From Fibrobacteria bacterium (lineage in GTDB: Bacteria > Fibrobacterota > Fibrobacteria > UBA11236): a stretch of 64,000 nucleotides of DNA. The stretch spans positions 160,001 through 224,000 of the forward strand of contig JAYTSD010000008.1 in NCBI GenBank assembly GCA_043745805.1, in the 5' to 3' direction. A program made the position numbers and the translations under genes. This document shows positions 29,443-38,031 of the stretch, piece after piece. The stretch's first letter is position 1, and every line of letters starts with the position of its first letter. The notes below the pieces were generated by a model. The model searched no databases and was not told where the DNA came from. It was given only the letters and a program-made list of their open reading frames with translations.

Positions 29443-31671
29443 TTATTTCACTTCCAGATCGTTTAGATCTTTCTGCGAAGGACCACGCTTTTCATTACTA
29501 CCACCGCGGATATTAATAACCGTAGCCTTGGTAAATTTGGCATCCTTAATAATACGGTCACGATTGCTCAAGAACTTTTCCATTTGTTCCACTTCACGTA
29601 AAAATTCGATTTGAGCTTCAATCTTGGAATGAATATCATCAAATTTTGGACGTAATGCGTCGCGTTTTTCCAAAACTCTTGGCGTAGGCAACTGTGTTGA
29701 AAGTGAAAGTGCTTCCTTTTGTACCGAGGAGAATTCTGAATTAACCGATAAGAATTGATCCTTACGTTTTTGAATTTCAGCCGCGCTAATATTTTTCTTT
29801 TCTGCTAACTCAATCGCTTTATCGAAAGAGGCAATAGCTTTGTTGTAATCCTTATCAAAGAACTCGCAATAACCTGTTAATAAATGAGCTTCTGGCACAA
29901 GCAAGCTATTGGGTGTTTTGGAAATAATTTCTGCGGCATAAGCTTCCGCTTCTTTGAATTTCTGAACTTTAATAAATGACCAAGCCAAGCCTAATAAAGC
30001 TTCGTCGTATTTGGAACTCGATGAAGAAACCATGCCATAGTATTCAGCCGCTTTTACTAAACGAGGTGGCTCTGAGCCAAAATTAATATGACCTAATTTT
30101 ACTGCCGTAACTTCGCGCATATCTTGTTCCGAAGCATTACTTGATTTTGCATCAATAATGTCTTGGAATGTGGCTTCAGCTTCTTTGAATTTCTTCAAGT
30201 TAATATTACACATACCCAAGGTATAACGAGCATACACATAATTTGCATTGCCTGGTAAAATCGGCGATAACAAATTCATTGCGCCATGATAATCTTTTTG
30301 AATAAAGCGCATTTGTCCTTGAATATAATCCGCATCCGACTTGATATCCGATTCGGGATAAAGATTTACAATTTGTTGATAGCGTTTATTCGCTTCATCA
30401 AATTTGCCTTCTTTATAATCAATATTCATCAATTGAAACATATACTTTGGACGCTGATCCGAATCGGTATAACGCTTCAAAGCATCGTTATATACATCGC
30501 GTGCCGCTTGATGCATACGCAAATTTTCAAATGACTTGCCTTTATAAAAAGCAGCTTGATCCACCAAATGGAAAGAAGGGTACTTGGTAATCACCTTACC
30601 GAAAGCATATGAGGCTAATAAAAATTTACGCGCCAAATATAAACGCATGGCCTCACGATATGCGTCTTCAGGTTCTATTTTCAATCGACGATAGCGCGCT
30701 TCACCAATACGCTCCTCACGAGTTGGTCCTACTCTTGTAGTAGCTTTAAAGTTCCATACAAAACCACGACCTTCATTTTGATTAGTGAGGGCATCGTGTG
30801 ACATATCTAAATCAAGTTGCAAATAACGGAATAAGTTTATGCGTTTTACATTAACTGTAGCGCCGACAACAGGATAGCCTAGTTTATTGTATTTAACTTT
30901 TAATCCAAGTAAAGGACTTAAATAGTAAGTGGCACTTGCACTAGGCGCAATTTCCATCCCTTTACCTTGTTCTTTTGCCTCATGAGTTATATCAATCAAA
31001 CTTACGGAGCCAGCAAGTATGAGTCGCTTATTAAATCCCATCCAATAAAAAGAGGTGTTCACATTTCGAGGTACCTTGTATTTAGAATTATCGCTGGTGG
31101 TAACTTCTGGTTGCAAAACATTCTGTACGGCGACTCCCAATTGCAAATGTCCATATCGTGAAGTCGTGAATGGATTATAGGTTAAGCCTAAATCCCCTGC
31201 AAATCCAAAATTATGCACCACTTGAAAGGCGTCAAATTGAATAAGCGTGGCATTAACACCGAAAGCTAATTTATGCGACAGGCCATTTGGAGCACCCCAA
31301 GGTAACCTATAGGCATACCCTAAAGTGTAGGCATTTTCAACATAAGAGGCTGATATTCCATCAATGTCGGAACCATTTTCAAAGACCGTTAAGCCCAATG
31401 AATGGTTATAGTCAAGTGGATGTACTGCACTGATAAACTCTTGCCCGGCTTTACCGGAAATAGTTTGAAACAGTGCCACTGCCACTTCAATTTGATCGTT
31501 TTCAGCTATCGAAGCTGGATTGACATACATAGCCGTATTTTCGCCAAATTCAGAAAACCAATCATTCTGTTGATAATGATGAGGTTTATAGGAAGATTGT
31601 CCGAAGGCTACGGACAATGTTGAAAGTGCAAAAGCTGATATAAGTGTGAGTCTATAATTCAAAGCATCCAC
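29443..31671 (-). CDS. Beta-barrel (PorV/PorP-like N-terminus) fused to TPR repeats
   Basis: Signal peptide, AMYVNPA motif and about 320 aa of amphipathic strands, then a TPR array and a helical C-terminus. GTG start. Confidence 0.75.
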   Translation of the reverse strand: MDALNYRLTLISAFALSTLSVAFGQSSYKPHHYQQNDWFSEFGENTAMYVNPASIAENDQIEVAVALFQTISGKAGQEFISAVHPLDYNHSLGLTVFENGSDIDGISASYVENAYTLGYAYRLPWGAPNGLSHKLAFGVNATLIQFDAFQVVHNFGFAGDLGLTYNPFTTSRYGHLQLGVAVQNVLQPEVTTSDNSKYKVPRNVNTSFYWMGFNKRLILAGSVSLIDITHEAKEQGKGMEIAPSASATYYLSPLLGLKVKYNKLGYPVVGATVNVKRINLFRYLQLDLDMSHDALTNQNEGRGFVWNFKATTRVGPTREERIGEARYRRLKIEPEDAYREAMRLYLARKFLLASYAFGKVITKYPSFHLVDQAAFYKGKSFENLRMHQAARDVYNDALKRYTDSDQRPKYMFQLMNIDYKEGKFDEANKRYQQIVNLYPESDIKSDADYIQGQMRFIQKDYHGAMNLLSPILPGNANYVYARYTLGMCNINLKKFKEAEATFQDIIDAKSSNASEQDMREVTAVKLGHINFGSEPPRLVKAAEYYGMVSSSSSKYDEALLGLAWSFIKVQKFKEAEAYAAEIISKTPNSLLVPEAHLLTGYCEFFDKDYNKAIASFDKAIELAEKKNISAAEIQKRKDQFLSVNSEFSSVQKEALSLSTQLPTPRVLEKRDALRPKFDDIHSKIEAQIEFLREVEQMEKFLSNRDRIIKDAKFTKATVINIRGGSNEKRGPSQKDLNDLEVK

Positions 31672-31678
31672 TCCCTAT

Positions 31679-33220
31679 TTATTTCTTGATTCTATAAAAT
31701 TCAATTCTTCTATTGATCTGGCGGCCTTCGGCGGTTTTGTTATCCGCTTTAGGTCTGGATGAGCCATATCCTTTTGCCACTAATCGAGAAGCTTCTACAC
31801 CACGATTAATCAAATACTCGCGAACCGTATTCGCTCTATCATGCGAAAGCTTGATATTGATCTTATCGGTTGCAGTATTATCCGTATGTCCAGCAATTTC
31901 ATATTTGTAACTAGGAAATTTCGAAAGCTTGTCATACACATCATCGAGTAATGGATAAGACTGCTCCATAAGTTCAGCGCTGCCAGTACGGAAAACCACA
32001 CCTTCAAGCTCAAAATTATCTTCAAGTTTTGTAGGAGGTTGATCAGGACATCCATCCTCATCCTTGAAATTATTTACAGTTTCAGGTTGATCAGGGCATT
32101 TGTCAATTGACTTACAAGTGCTGGCATATTTACCTGTTTGGCCTTTTTCCGAAACCCATGGGTCACAAATTCCATCTTTGTCATTATCCGCATCAGGACA
32201 TCCATCTTGATCTTCAAAACCATCAATATCTTCCGCATCATTAATGCATTTATCTTTGCTATCAGGAATACCGTCATTGTCATTGTCATAGTCAGGGCAA
32301 CCGTCATCATCTTGGAAACCGTCCATATCCTCAGGTAAATCTGGGCACAAATCTTTCGAATCCACGATGCCATCATTATCTCGGTCACCATCAATTACTT
32401 GAACAGCTTCTTTAGCGATAAGGCCAATGTCTTGGCTACCGTAACCACGACGTAACATGGGTGAACGGGAAGCGCAAAAAAAGTTAGGCGAAGCTAAACT
32501 GGGGTTAATGAACATGGGCTCCAAGGAAATATTGGTTTTATTAACCTTGGTATAGCGATTAAAAGGGATAATATTTTGATATATGTTGTTGTAAGTAATC
32601 TGACTTTGACCAGATGCGGGATCAGAATAAATGCCGTATTCATGGTTTTCCATGAATATATTGTCTCGCACAACTAAACGACAAGGACCTTTCATGGTAA
32701 GACCACTATATCCATTGCGCACTAACACATTATGCTCGATGCGTGTATCCAAGGATTTAGCGCCCCAAGCTAAAATGCCTGACCACCGATTTCCATAAAT
32801 CACATTGTTATAAATTTGTGGGAGAGAAATAAAAGCACCTATTCCAGCGCCCACATTATCAATAATCCAGTTGTGATGAATATATGGGGAAGCATTTTCG
32901 CATAAAATGCCATCCACACCATTAGTAATGGTGAGTTTCCCAATTTCAGATCCCGTTACTGCATAAACAGCAGGACCTTTGCGCATTCCATCGATTATAC
33001 AACGTAATGGATCGGTTCCTAATAAAATGACGCCCTGTACCAAGGTCACATTTTCACGATAATGTCCCGGGCTTACTAAAACAGTATCCCCGTAATCAGC
33101 GCTGATTAATGCACCATTGATGGTAGGTTGGTTGGCTGGCACTCGAATCACTTTCGCTTGAAGTGCCTCCGGAGCCAGTAAGGTGCAACATAAAAACGCT
33201 GCGTATAAATATTTATGCAT
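31679..33220 (-). CDS. OmpA-family protein: right-handed beta-helix, thrombospondin type-3 repeats, OmpA peptidoglycan-binding domain
   Basis: VIRVP....TI..AL..A..GDTVLV.PG.Y.E cap; Asn-ladder repeats; DxDxDGxxDxxDxCP repeats; GHTD...N..LS..RA..V and NRRIEF. Confidence 0.9.
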   Translation of the reverse strand: MHKYLYAAFLCCTLLAPEALQAKVIRVPANQPTINGALISADYGDTVLVSPGHYRENVTLVQGVILLGTDPLRCIIDGMRKGPAVYAVTGSEIGKLTITNGVDGILCENASPYIHHNWIIDNVGAGIGAFISLPQIYNNVIYGNRWSGILAWGAKSLDTRIEHNVLVRNGYSGLTMKGPCRLVVRDNIFMENHEYGIYSDPASGQSQITYNNIYQNIIPFNRYTKVNKTNISLEPMFINPSLASPNFFCASRSPMLRRGYGSQDIGLIAKEAVQVIDGDRDNDGIVDSKDLCPDLPEDMDGFQDDDGCPDYDNDNDGIPDSKDKCINDAEDIDGFEDQDGCPDADNDKDGICDPWVSEKGQTGKYASTCKSIDKCPDQPETVNNFKDEDGCPDQPPTKLEDNFELEGVVFRTGSAELMEQSYPLLDDVYDKLSKFPSYKYEIAGHTDNTATDKINIKLSHDRANTVREYLINRGVEASRLVAKGYGSSRPKADNKTAEGRQINRRIEFYRIKK

Positions 33221-33294
33221 AGATTTCTATCCCTATTTTTCCTCAGTGGTACACACTACAGAATCTGCTAGTGACTGGAACAGTGTCCATCACC

Positions 33295-33323
33295 AACATA
33301 TCCCCGATCCTTTTTTAAGTCAA
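33295..33323 (-). promoter_or_regulatory. Putative promoter of the ompA-TPR-motor operon
   Basis: TTGACT-N17-TATGTT on the minus strand; predicted TSS about 33288-33286. Confidence 0.6.
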
Positions 33324-33525
33324 ACGATTTTTAAAGATATTGTTCATGGCGTAAAAATATTTGCCAAAAACTATTGGGACCCCAACCCAAAATCAAGCAG
33401 TGTATACAAAAGAGCTACAATTTTTCCTACCTTGTATCTCTTGCAACTATTTAGTTCACCTAGCTTTCGCCAAGTGCGTATAACAATCCAAATCCAAGGT
33501 ACATTTTTTGAGAGATTTGTGTAAT

Positions 33526-35091
33526 ATGACAAAACAATTTTGGGTAATATTATTTTTTTTTAGTTTAATTATTTTTGGCTGCCAATCCAAAAATAAAGCC
33601 GAAAATCCTCCACTTAAAGTTATTAATTCTGCGGAGCCGGCAACCCTTGATTTACATCTAGCTACTGGTGCTATTGAATTTCGCATCATAGGTGCCTTGT
33701 TTGAAGGATTGGTTTTACGTGATCCACAGAGTCAAAATATTATGCCTGGTATTGCCCACAAATGGGATATTTCCACCGACAAAAAAAAATACACTTTTCA
33801 TTTACGACCAAGTTGCTGGTCAAATGGAAAGCGCTTAATTGCCAATGATTTTGTTCGTTCATGGCGCCGTTTGGCTGATCCCGTCACCACCTCGGAATAC
33901 TCCTCGCTATTGAATATTGTGGTCAATGGAAATGCTATTCGAGAGAAAAAAATGCCCGTTGACTCCCTTGGAATAAGAGCTGTTGACGATAGTACCTTGG
34001 TGGTTAATATCGAACACCCAGTAGAGTTTTTTTTAAATCTTTGCGCTTTTGAACCTTTATTTCCATTACTTATTGATAGCGTTAATAAATATCAAGAGCG
34101 TTGGACAACACCGGAACATATGATTGGCAATGGACCATTTCGCATGGTGAATTGGAAAAGAAATTTGGAAATTAATTTAGAGAAAAACAACTTTTACTGG
34201 GATACGGGTTCGGTAAAACAGGAAAAAATTTTAATTAAACCTGTGGAAGACCAATTAACTGCCTATAATATGTTTCTTTCGCATGAAGCAGATTGGGTTT
34301 TTGCCATACCACCTAGCAAACTAGAGGTGGCAATTAAATTACCTGAATATTTTTCTCAACCGGTTTTTGGCACCTACTATTATTTGGTGAATTGCAAAAA
34401 AAAAGGTTTTGATTCTAAAGCCTTACGCAAAGCTTTAGCTTATGCTATTGATAGAGAAAAAATAGTGCGACTAGTTTTAAAAGGTGTAGCTAAATCAGCC
34501 ACTGGATTTGTAGCCCCTCTCCCCAATTACCCTAGCTTCACACAATCGCTTTTTCAACCGGACTCTGCGAAATACTATTTGGCGCAAGCAGGTTATAGCA
34601 AAACCAATCCTCCTCCCCACTTTGAAATATTGTATAACAATAGTGAAACCAATAAAAGTATCGCCGAAGTGGTGCAGCAAATGTGGCACGAGGTTTTGGG
34701 ACTCGATGCAGAATTAGTAAATTATGAATGGAAAGTTTATTTGGAGAATACCAAAAATTTAAATTACTCCGCTGTAGCACGCGCCTCTTGGTTTGGTGAC
34801 TTCCCCGATCCCATCACTTTTTTAGAATTGGCGCAATCTACTAATGGAAATAATCGCAGCGGTTACAGTAATGTAGAGTATGACAAGAAAATTCAAGCCA
34901 CCTGGAATATCGCCGAGCCTTCGCAAAGGATGTTAGCCTTACAAGATTGCGAAAAACTATTGTTAGAGGATATGCCGATAATCCCTATATATTTTTACAC
35001 TTTGACCGAGTTGAGAAATCCAAAATTAAAAAACGCCGTCCCTAGTCCACTGGGCATGTATACTTGGAAAAACATCCATTTAGAAAAATGA
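33526..35091 (+). CDS. oppA: Oligopeptide ABC transporter substrate-binding lipoprotein
   Basis: Lipobox IFGC, EPATLD, LFEGL, WSNG, GNGPF, R.SW.GD. Confidence 0.9.
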   Translation: MTKQFWVILFFFSLIIFGCQSKNKAENPPLKVINSAEPATLDLHLATGAIEFRIIGALFEGLVLRDPQSQNIMPGIAHKWDISTDKKKYTFHLRPSCWSNGKRLIANDFVRSWRRLADPVTTSEYSSLLNIVVNGNAIREKKMPVDSLGIRAVDDSTLVVNIEHPVEFFLNLCAFEPLFPLLIDSVNKYQERWTTPEHMIGNGPFRMVNWKRNLEINLEKNNFYWDTGSVKQEKILIKPVEDQLTAYNMFLSHEADWVFAIPPSKLEVAIKLPEYFSQPVFGTYYYLVNCKKKGFDSKALRKALAYAIDREKIVRLVLKGVAKSATGFVAPLPNYPSFTQSLFQPDSAKYYLAQAGYSKTNPPPHFEILYNNSETNKSIAEVVQQMWHEVLGLDAELVNYEWKVYLENTKNLNYSAVARASWFGDFPDPITFLELAQSTNGNNRSGYSNVEYDKKIQATWNIAEPSQRMLALQDCEKLLLEDMPIIPIYFYTLTELRNPKLKNAVPSPLGMYTWKNIHLEK

Positions 35092-36008
35092 TAAGCACCT
35101 CCCATTGGTCGATTAAAATATTAATACGTCTGGGCATTAATGCCTTAACCCTTCTCTTCATTATCAGCTTGTCCTTTTGGATTATGAAAAATGCACCAGG
35201 CAAACCTTTTGAAACCGAGAAAGCCGCCAGCCCAGCGGTGATGGCCGAATTAAAACAAAAATATGATTTCACTTATGCGCAATACTTAAGTGGAATTTTT
35301 TTTCATGGTGATTTTCGATTTTCGTATTCTCATCGCGATTCTAAAGTGATAGAAATTTTATCCGAAGGCTTACCTATCTCTATGGAATTAGGCTTCTATG
35401 CCTTAAGCTTAGCTGCCATATTGGGATTGATTTCGGGGCTTATGTCTGCTTTATTAAGAGGACAGTGGGTTGCGAGTTTAATTATGGGCGTCGCGGTTTT
35501 AGGTATAGCCCTTCCCAATTTTGTTTTGGGTTCGCTGTTGCAGCTAGTATTTGCTACCCGTTTACGTTGGGTAGATGTAGCTGGTTGGTCTTCCTTTTCG
35601 AATAAACTCTTACCGGTTTTCACCTTAAGTTTAGCCTACTTAGCTTATATAACTCGCATTGCTCGGGGAAGTTTTTTGGATAATTTGCAAAAAGATTATG
35701 TGCGTACTGCACACGCAAAAGGACTTTCGGATTTTACCATATTTTGGAAACATCTATTACGCAATAGCGTGCTTCCCGTTATTAATTATTTGGGGCCGGC
35801 AGCCGCTTATATTTTAACGGGAACTTTAGTGGTGGAAAAAATTTTCAATATTCCAGGTATGGGTCGCTATTTTATTGAGTCGGTATTCCAAAGAGACTAT
35901 CCCTTAGCTTTAGGCGTCATTATCGTTTACTCTTGCTTTTTATTATTGTTCAACCTTATCACCGATATTGTACAAACCTTTATTGATCCTCGAATCCAAT
36001 TACAATAA
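35088..36008 (+). CDS. oppB: Oligopeptide ABC transporter permease
   Basis: PGKPF, DYVRTAHAKGL EAA loop, VEKIFNIPGMG, DPRI. Confidence 0.92.
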   Translation: MISTSHWSIKILIRLGINALTLLFIISLSFWIMKNAPGKPFETEKAASPAVMAELKQKYDFTYAQYLSGIFFHGDFRFSYSHRDSKVIEILSEGLPISMELGFYALSLAAILGLISGLMSALLRGQWVASLIMGVAVLGIALPNFVLGSLLQLVFATRLRWVDVAGWSSFSNKLLPVFTLSLAYLAYITRIARGSFLDNLQKDYVRTAHAKGLSDFTIFWKHLLRNSVLPVINYLGPAAAYILTGTLVVEKIFNIPGMGRYFIESVFQRDYPLALGVIIVYSCFLLLFNLITDIVQTFIDPRIQLQ

Positions 36009-36853
36009 TGCGAACCACTTCTCCATTTTGGCTTGGACTCAAAACTATTTGTCGTGACAGGCGAGTTACTGTATCTTCAATGATACTGTTCTCCATGATC
36101 CTTGCAGTAATTGTTGGCCCCTGGTTTACGCCACCATTTGAAAAACAGATTCTTGAGCAGCAATTACAATCACCCACATTTTCCCACTGGTTAGGAACCG
36201 ATCATTTAGGTCGAGATTTATTAGCAAGAATTTTAACCGGGGGGCGTCTATCTCTGTCCATTGGCATTATTGCCACCGCCATTAGTATTTTTGTGGGTAC
36301 AATTTATGGTTGCATTTCGGGATTTTATGGTAAAAAAACCGATATGTTGCTTATGCGTATAGTCGATATACTCTATGCACTCCCTTATATGTTTTTAGTC
36401 ATTATTCTTATTTTTCAATTCGGGAAAAATATTTATGTACTCTTTGCTGCACTCGGCTTGGTACAGTGGTTGACCATCGCACGTATTGTACGTGGACAAG
36501 TGCTTGCACTAAAAAACGAAGAATTTATTTCGGCAGCGAAAGCATTAGGAGCAAGTAATTTGCGCATCATTTTTCGCCATATCATTCCCAATGTATTAGG
36601 TATCGTTTTAATTTATGCGACGCTAACGGTTCCCTCAGTAATTTTACAAGAATCATTTTTAAGCTTTTTAGGACTAAATGTGCAAAACTGCACTTGGGGT
36701 GTTTTAATTGCGGATGGGAAAGACTATATGGATAGCGGATGGTGGCTTATTCTATTTCCGAGCCTGACTTTGACGCTGTGCTTATTGTGTATGAATTTCT
36801 TGGGCGACGGCTTAAGAGATGCCCTCGACCCAAGTCTTTCAAAATCAAAATAA
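36008..36853 (+). CDS. oppC: Oligopeptide ABC transporter permease
   Basis: HWLGTDHLGRD, EFISAAKALGAS, NFLGDGLRDALDP. Confidence 0.92.
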   Translation: MRTTSPFWLGLKTICRDRRVTVSSMILFSMILAVIVGPWFTPPFEKQILEQQLQSPTFSHWLGTDHLGRDLLARILTGGRLSLSIGIIATAISIFVGTIYGCISGFYGKKTDMLLMRIVDILYALPYMFLVIILIFQFGKNIYVLFAALGLVQWLTIARIVRGQVLALKNEEFISAAKALGASNLRIIFRHIIPNVLGIVLIYATLTVPSVILQESFLSFLGLNVQNCTWGVLIADGKDYMDSGWWLILFPSLTLTLCLLCMNFLGDGLRDALDPSLSKSK

Positions 36854-36860
36854 CGATAAA

Positions 36861-37040
36861 TTACTTCTCATCGCCTTTTTTTGAAGTTTGAATAGTTACA
36901 CGAATATCCTGCGATATTTTTTTGATATTCTGCAATACTTTACGAGCTCTTGTGCCCGCGCTTTTATTGCCACGTTCAAATTTTTCAAACTCTTCTTTGA
37001 GAGTTGCGATTTCATTTTCCAAAGCTAAAATATTGTTCAT
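36861..37040 (-). CDS. Short histone H1-like Hc1-family nucleoid protein (59 aa, absent from the ORF track)
   Basis: MNNILALENEIATLKEEFEKFERGNKSAGTRARKVLQNIKKISQDIRVTIQTSKKGDEK*. KF..GNKSAGTRARK signature, GGAGG SD, upstream TTGACA-N17-CAAATT. Confidence 0.88.
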   Translation of the reverse strand: MNNILALENEIATLKEEFEKFERGNKSAGTRARKVLQNIKKISQDIRVTIQTSKKGDEK

Positions 37041-37161
37041 TTATGACCTCCAAGTTAAACCAGACCTAAAATCTGGTCAAATTCGCCACTTTTAATTTGC
37101 AATTGAAAGCGGTAAATGTCAAACCCAAATTTTATTTTTTTTAAAATAAAGGGCATTTTCC

Positions 37162-38031
37162 TCACTCATTCTCAACTAAAATGGTCATTTCCTGCATTTT
37201 TTGCAAAAATGGTCGTCCAATTTCTAGATCCGAACATCCTTCTAAACCCACGATTCCCTTTGTGGAGCCATAAACCAAAATAGGGATGTTTAAGTCCGTT
37301 AGCCCCTCGAAAACTAACTGTTCATGCTCCAAAGTATCCACCTGTCCGTGCCAGCCTTTTATCAACTCTAAAAAATGAATTCCGCTATTTTTTAATAAGC
37401 GAAAGGCTATGGCGGTATCTTGATGACAATTATACTGTGCAGAAAAAATGGGTTTATCGATTTTTTTTCCCAAATAGTTTTCCGAATAAATTCTTTCCGA
37501 ATTAAGAACGCGATTTTGAAATAAAAAACTATCGAAAATTTTTGGTTTAGAGGGAAAGTTACTTATTTTTTTCAGGTTTTCTTGCACATACGTTTCAGGA
37601 ATAAAATCATGCGATGCTAGCTCGAGTTTCCCTAAGAAACTGCCTTGTGTAAAATAAACTGTATTGCCTTTACGGAAGTATTCGTTTTGAAAACAAAAAT
37701 TACTTTCATTCGATGCTTTGGCCAATTCACTAAACTCTTGATAGGCAAAGTAGTCTTTACTAAAACGAAACAAATTTAAAGTCATAGTATCATTACCGAG
37801 GAAAACTCGAAAGCTTTGATCAATGGGTTTTAAAAGCATAGAATTTTTTTCCGTAGAATCGTTAACCGGTAATAGCGACCCCGTTTGAGAATTCCAAGTA
37901 AAATGCTTAACCCATTCCCCTTCGGCTTCCTTTAACGCTTGCTCCCCACAGCCAATTATCCCAATCAAAATAAAAGGGGAAAGGAAAAAGCAAATGAAGC
38001 AGAAAGGGGAAAAAAATGGGGTTTTATGCAT
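37162..38031 (-). CDS. Hypothetical exported protein or lipoprotein
   Basis: Hydrophobic leader ending IIGC; TAATG coupling to the upstream gene. Confidence 0.6.
   Translation of the reverse strand: MHKTPFFSPFCFICFFLSPFILIGIIGCGEQALKEAEGEWVKHFTWNSQTGSLLPVNDSTEKNSMLLKPIDQSFRVFLGNDTMTLNLFRFSKDYFAYQEFSELAKASNESNFCFQNEYFRKGNTVYFTQGSFLGKLELASHDFIPETYVQENLKKISNFPSKPKIFDSFLFQNRVLNSERIYSENYLGKKIDKPIFSAQYNCHQDTAIAFRLLKNSGIHFLELIKGWHGQVDTLEHEQLVFEGLTDLNIPILVYGSTKGIVGLEGCSDLEIGRPFLQKMQEMTILVENE

Noticed and set aside
32040-32390. Repeats as CRISPR or DNA tandem repeats
   Set aside because: They are protein-level thrombospondin type-3 repeats within the OmpA gene. No constant repeat-spacer array was seen anywhere in the window.
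33268-33296. Leader hairpin TTGGTGA-TGGA...TCCA-G-TCACTAG as an RNA structure
   Set aside because: Its 5' arm overlaps the predicted -10 and pre-TSS bases, so it is probably not transcribed.
33347-33366. Sigma54 promoter (TGGC...TTGC)
   Set aside because: The GG-to-GC spacing is 13 nt rather than the required 10.
33183-33524. 113-aa ORF in the ompA-oppA gap
   Set aside because: It covers divergent promoter DNA and has no recognisable features.
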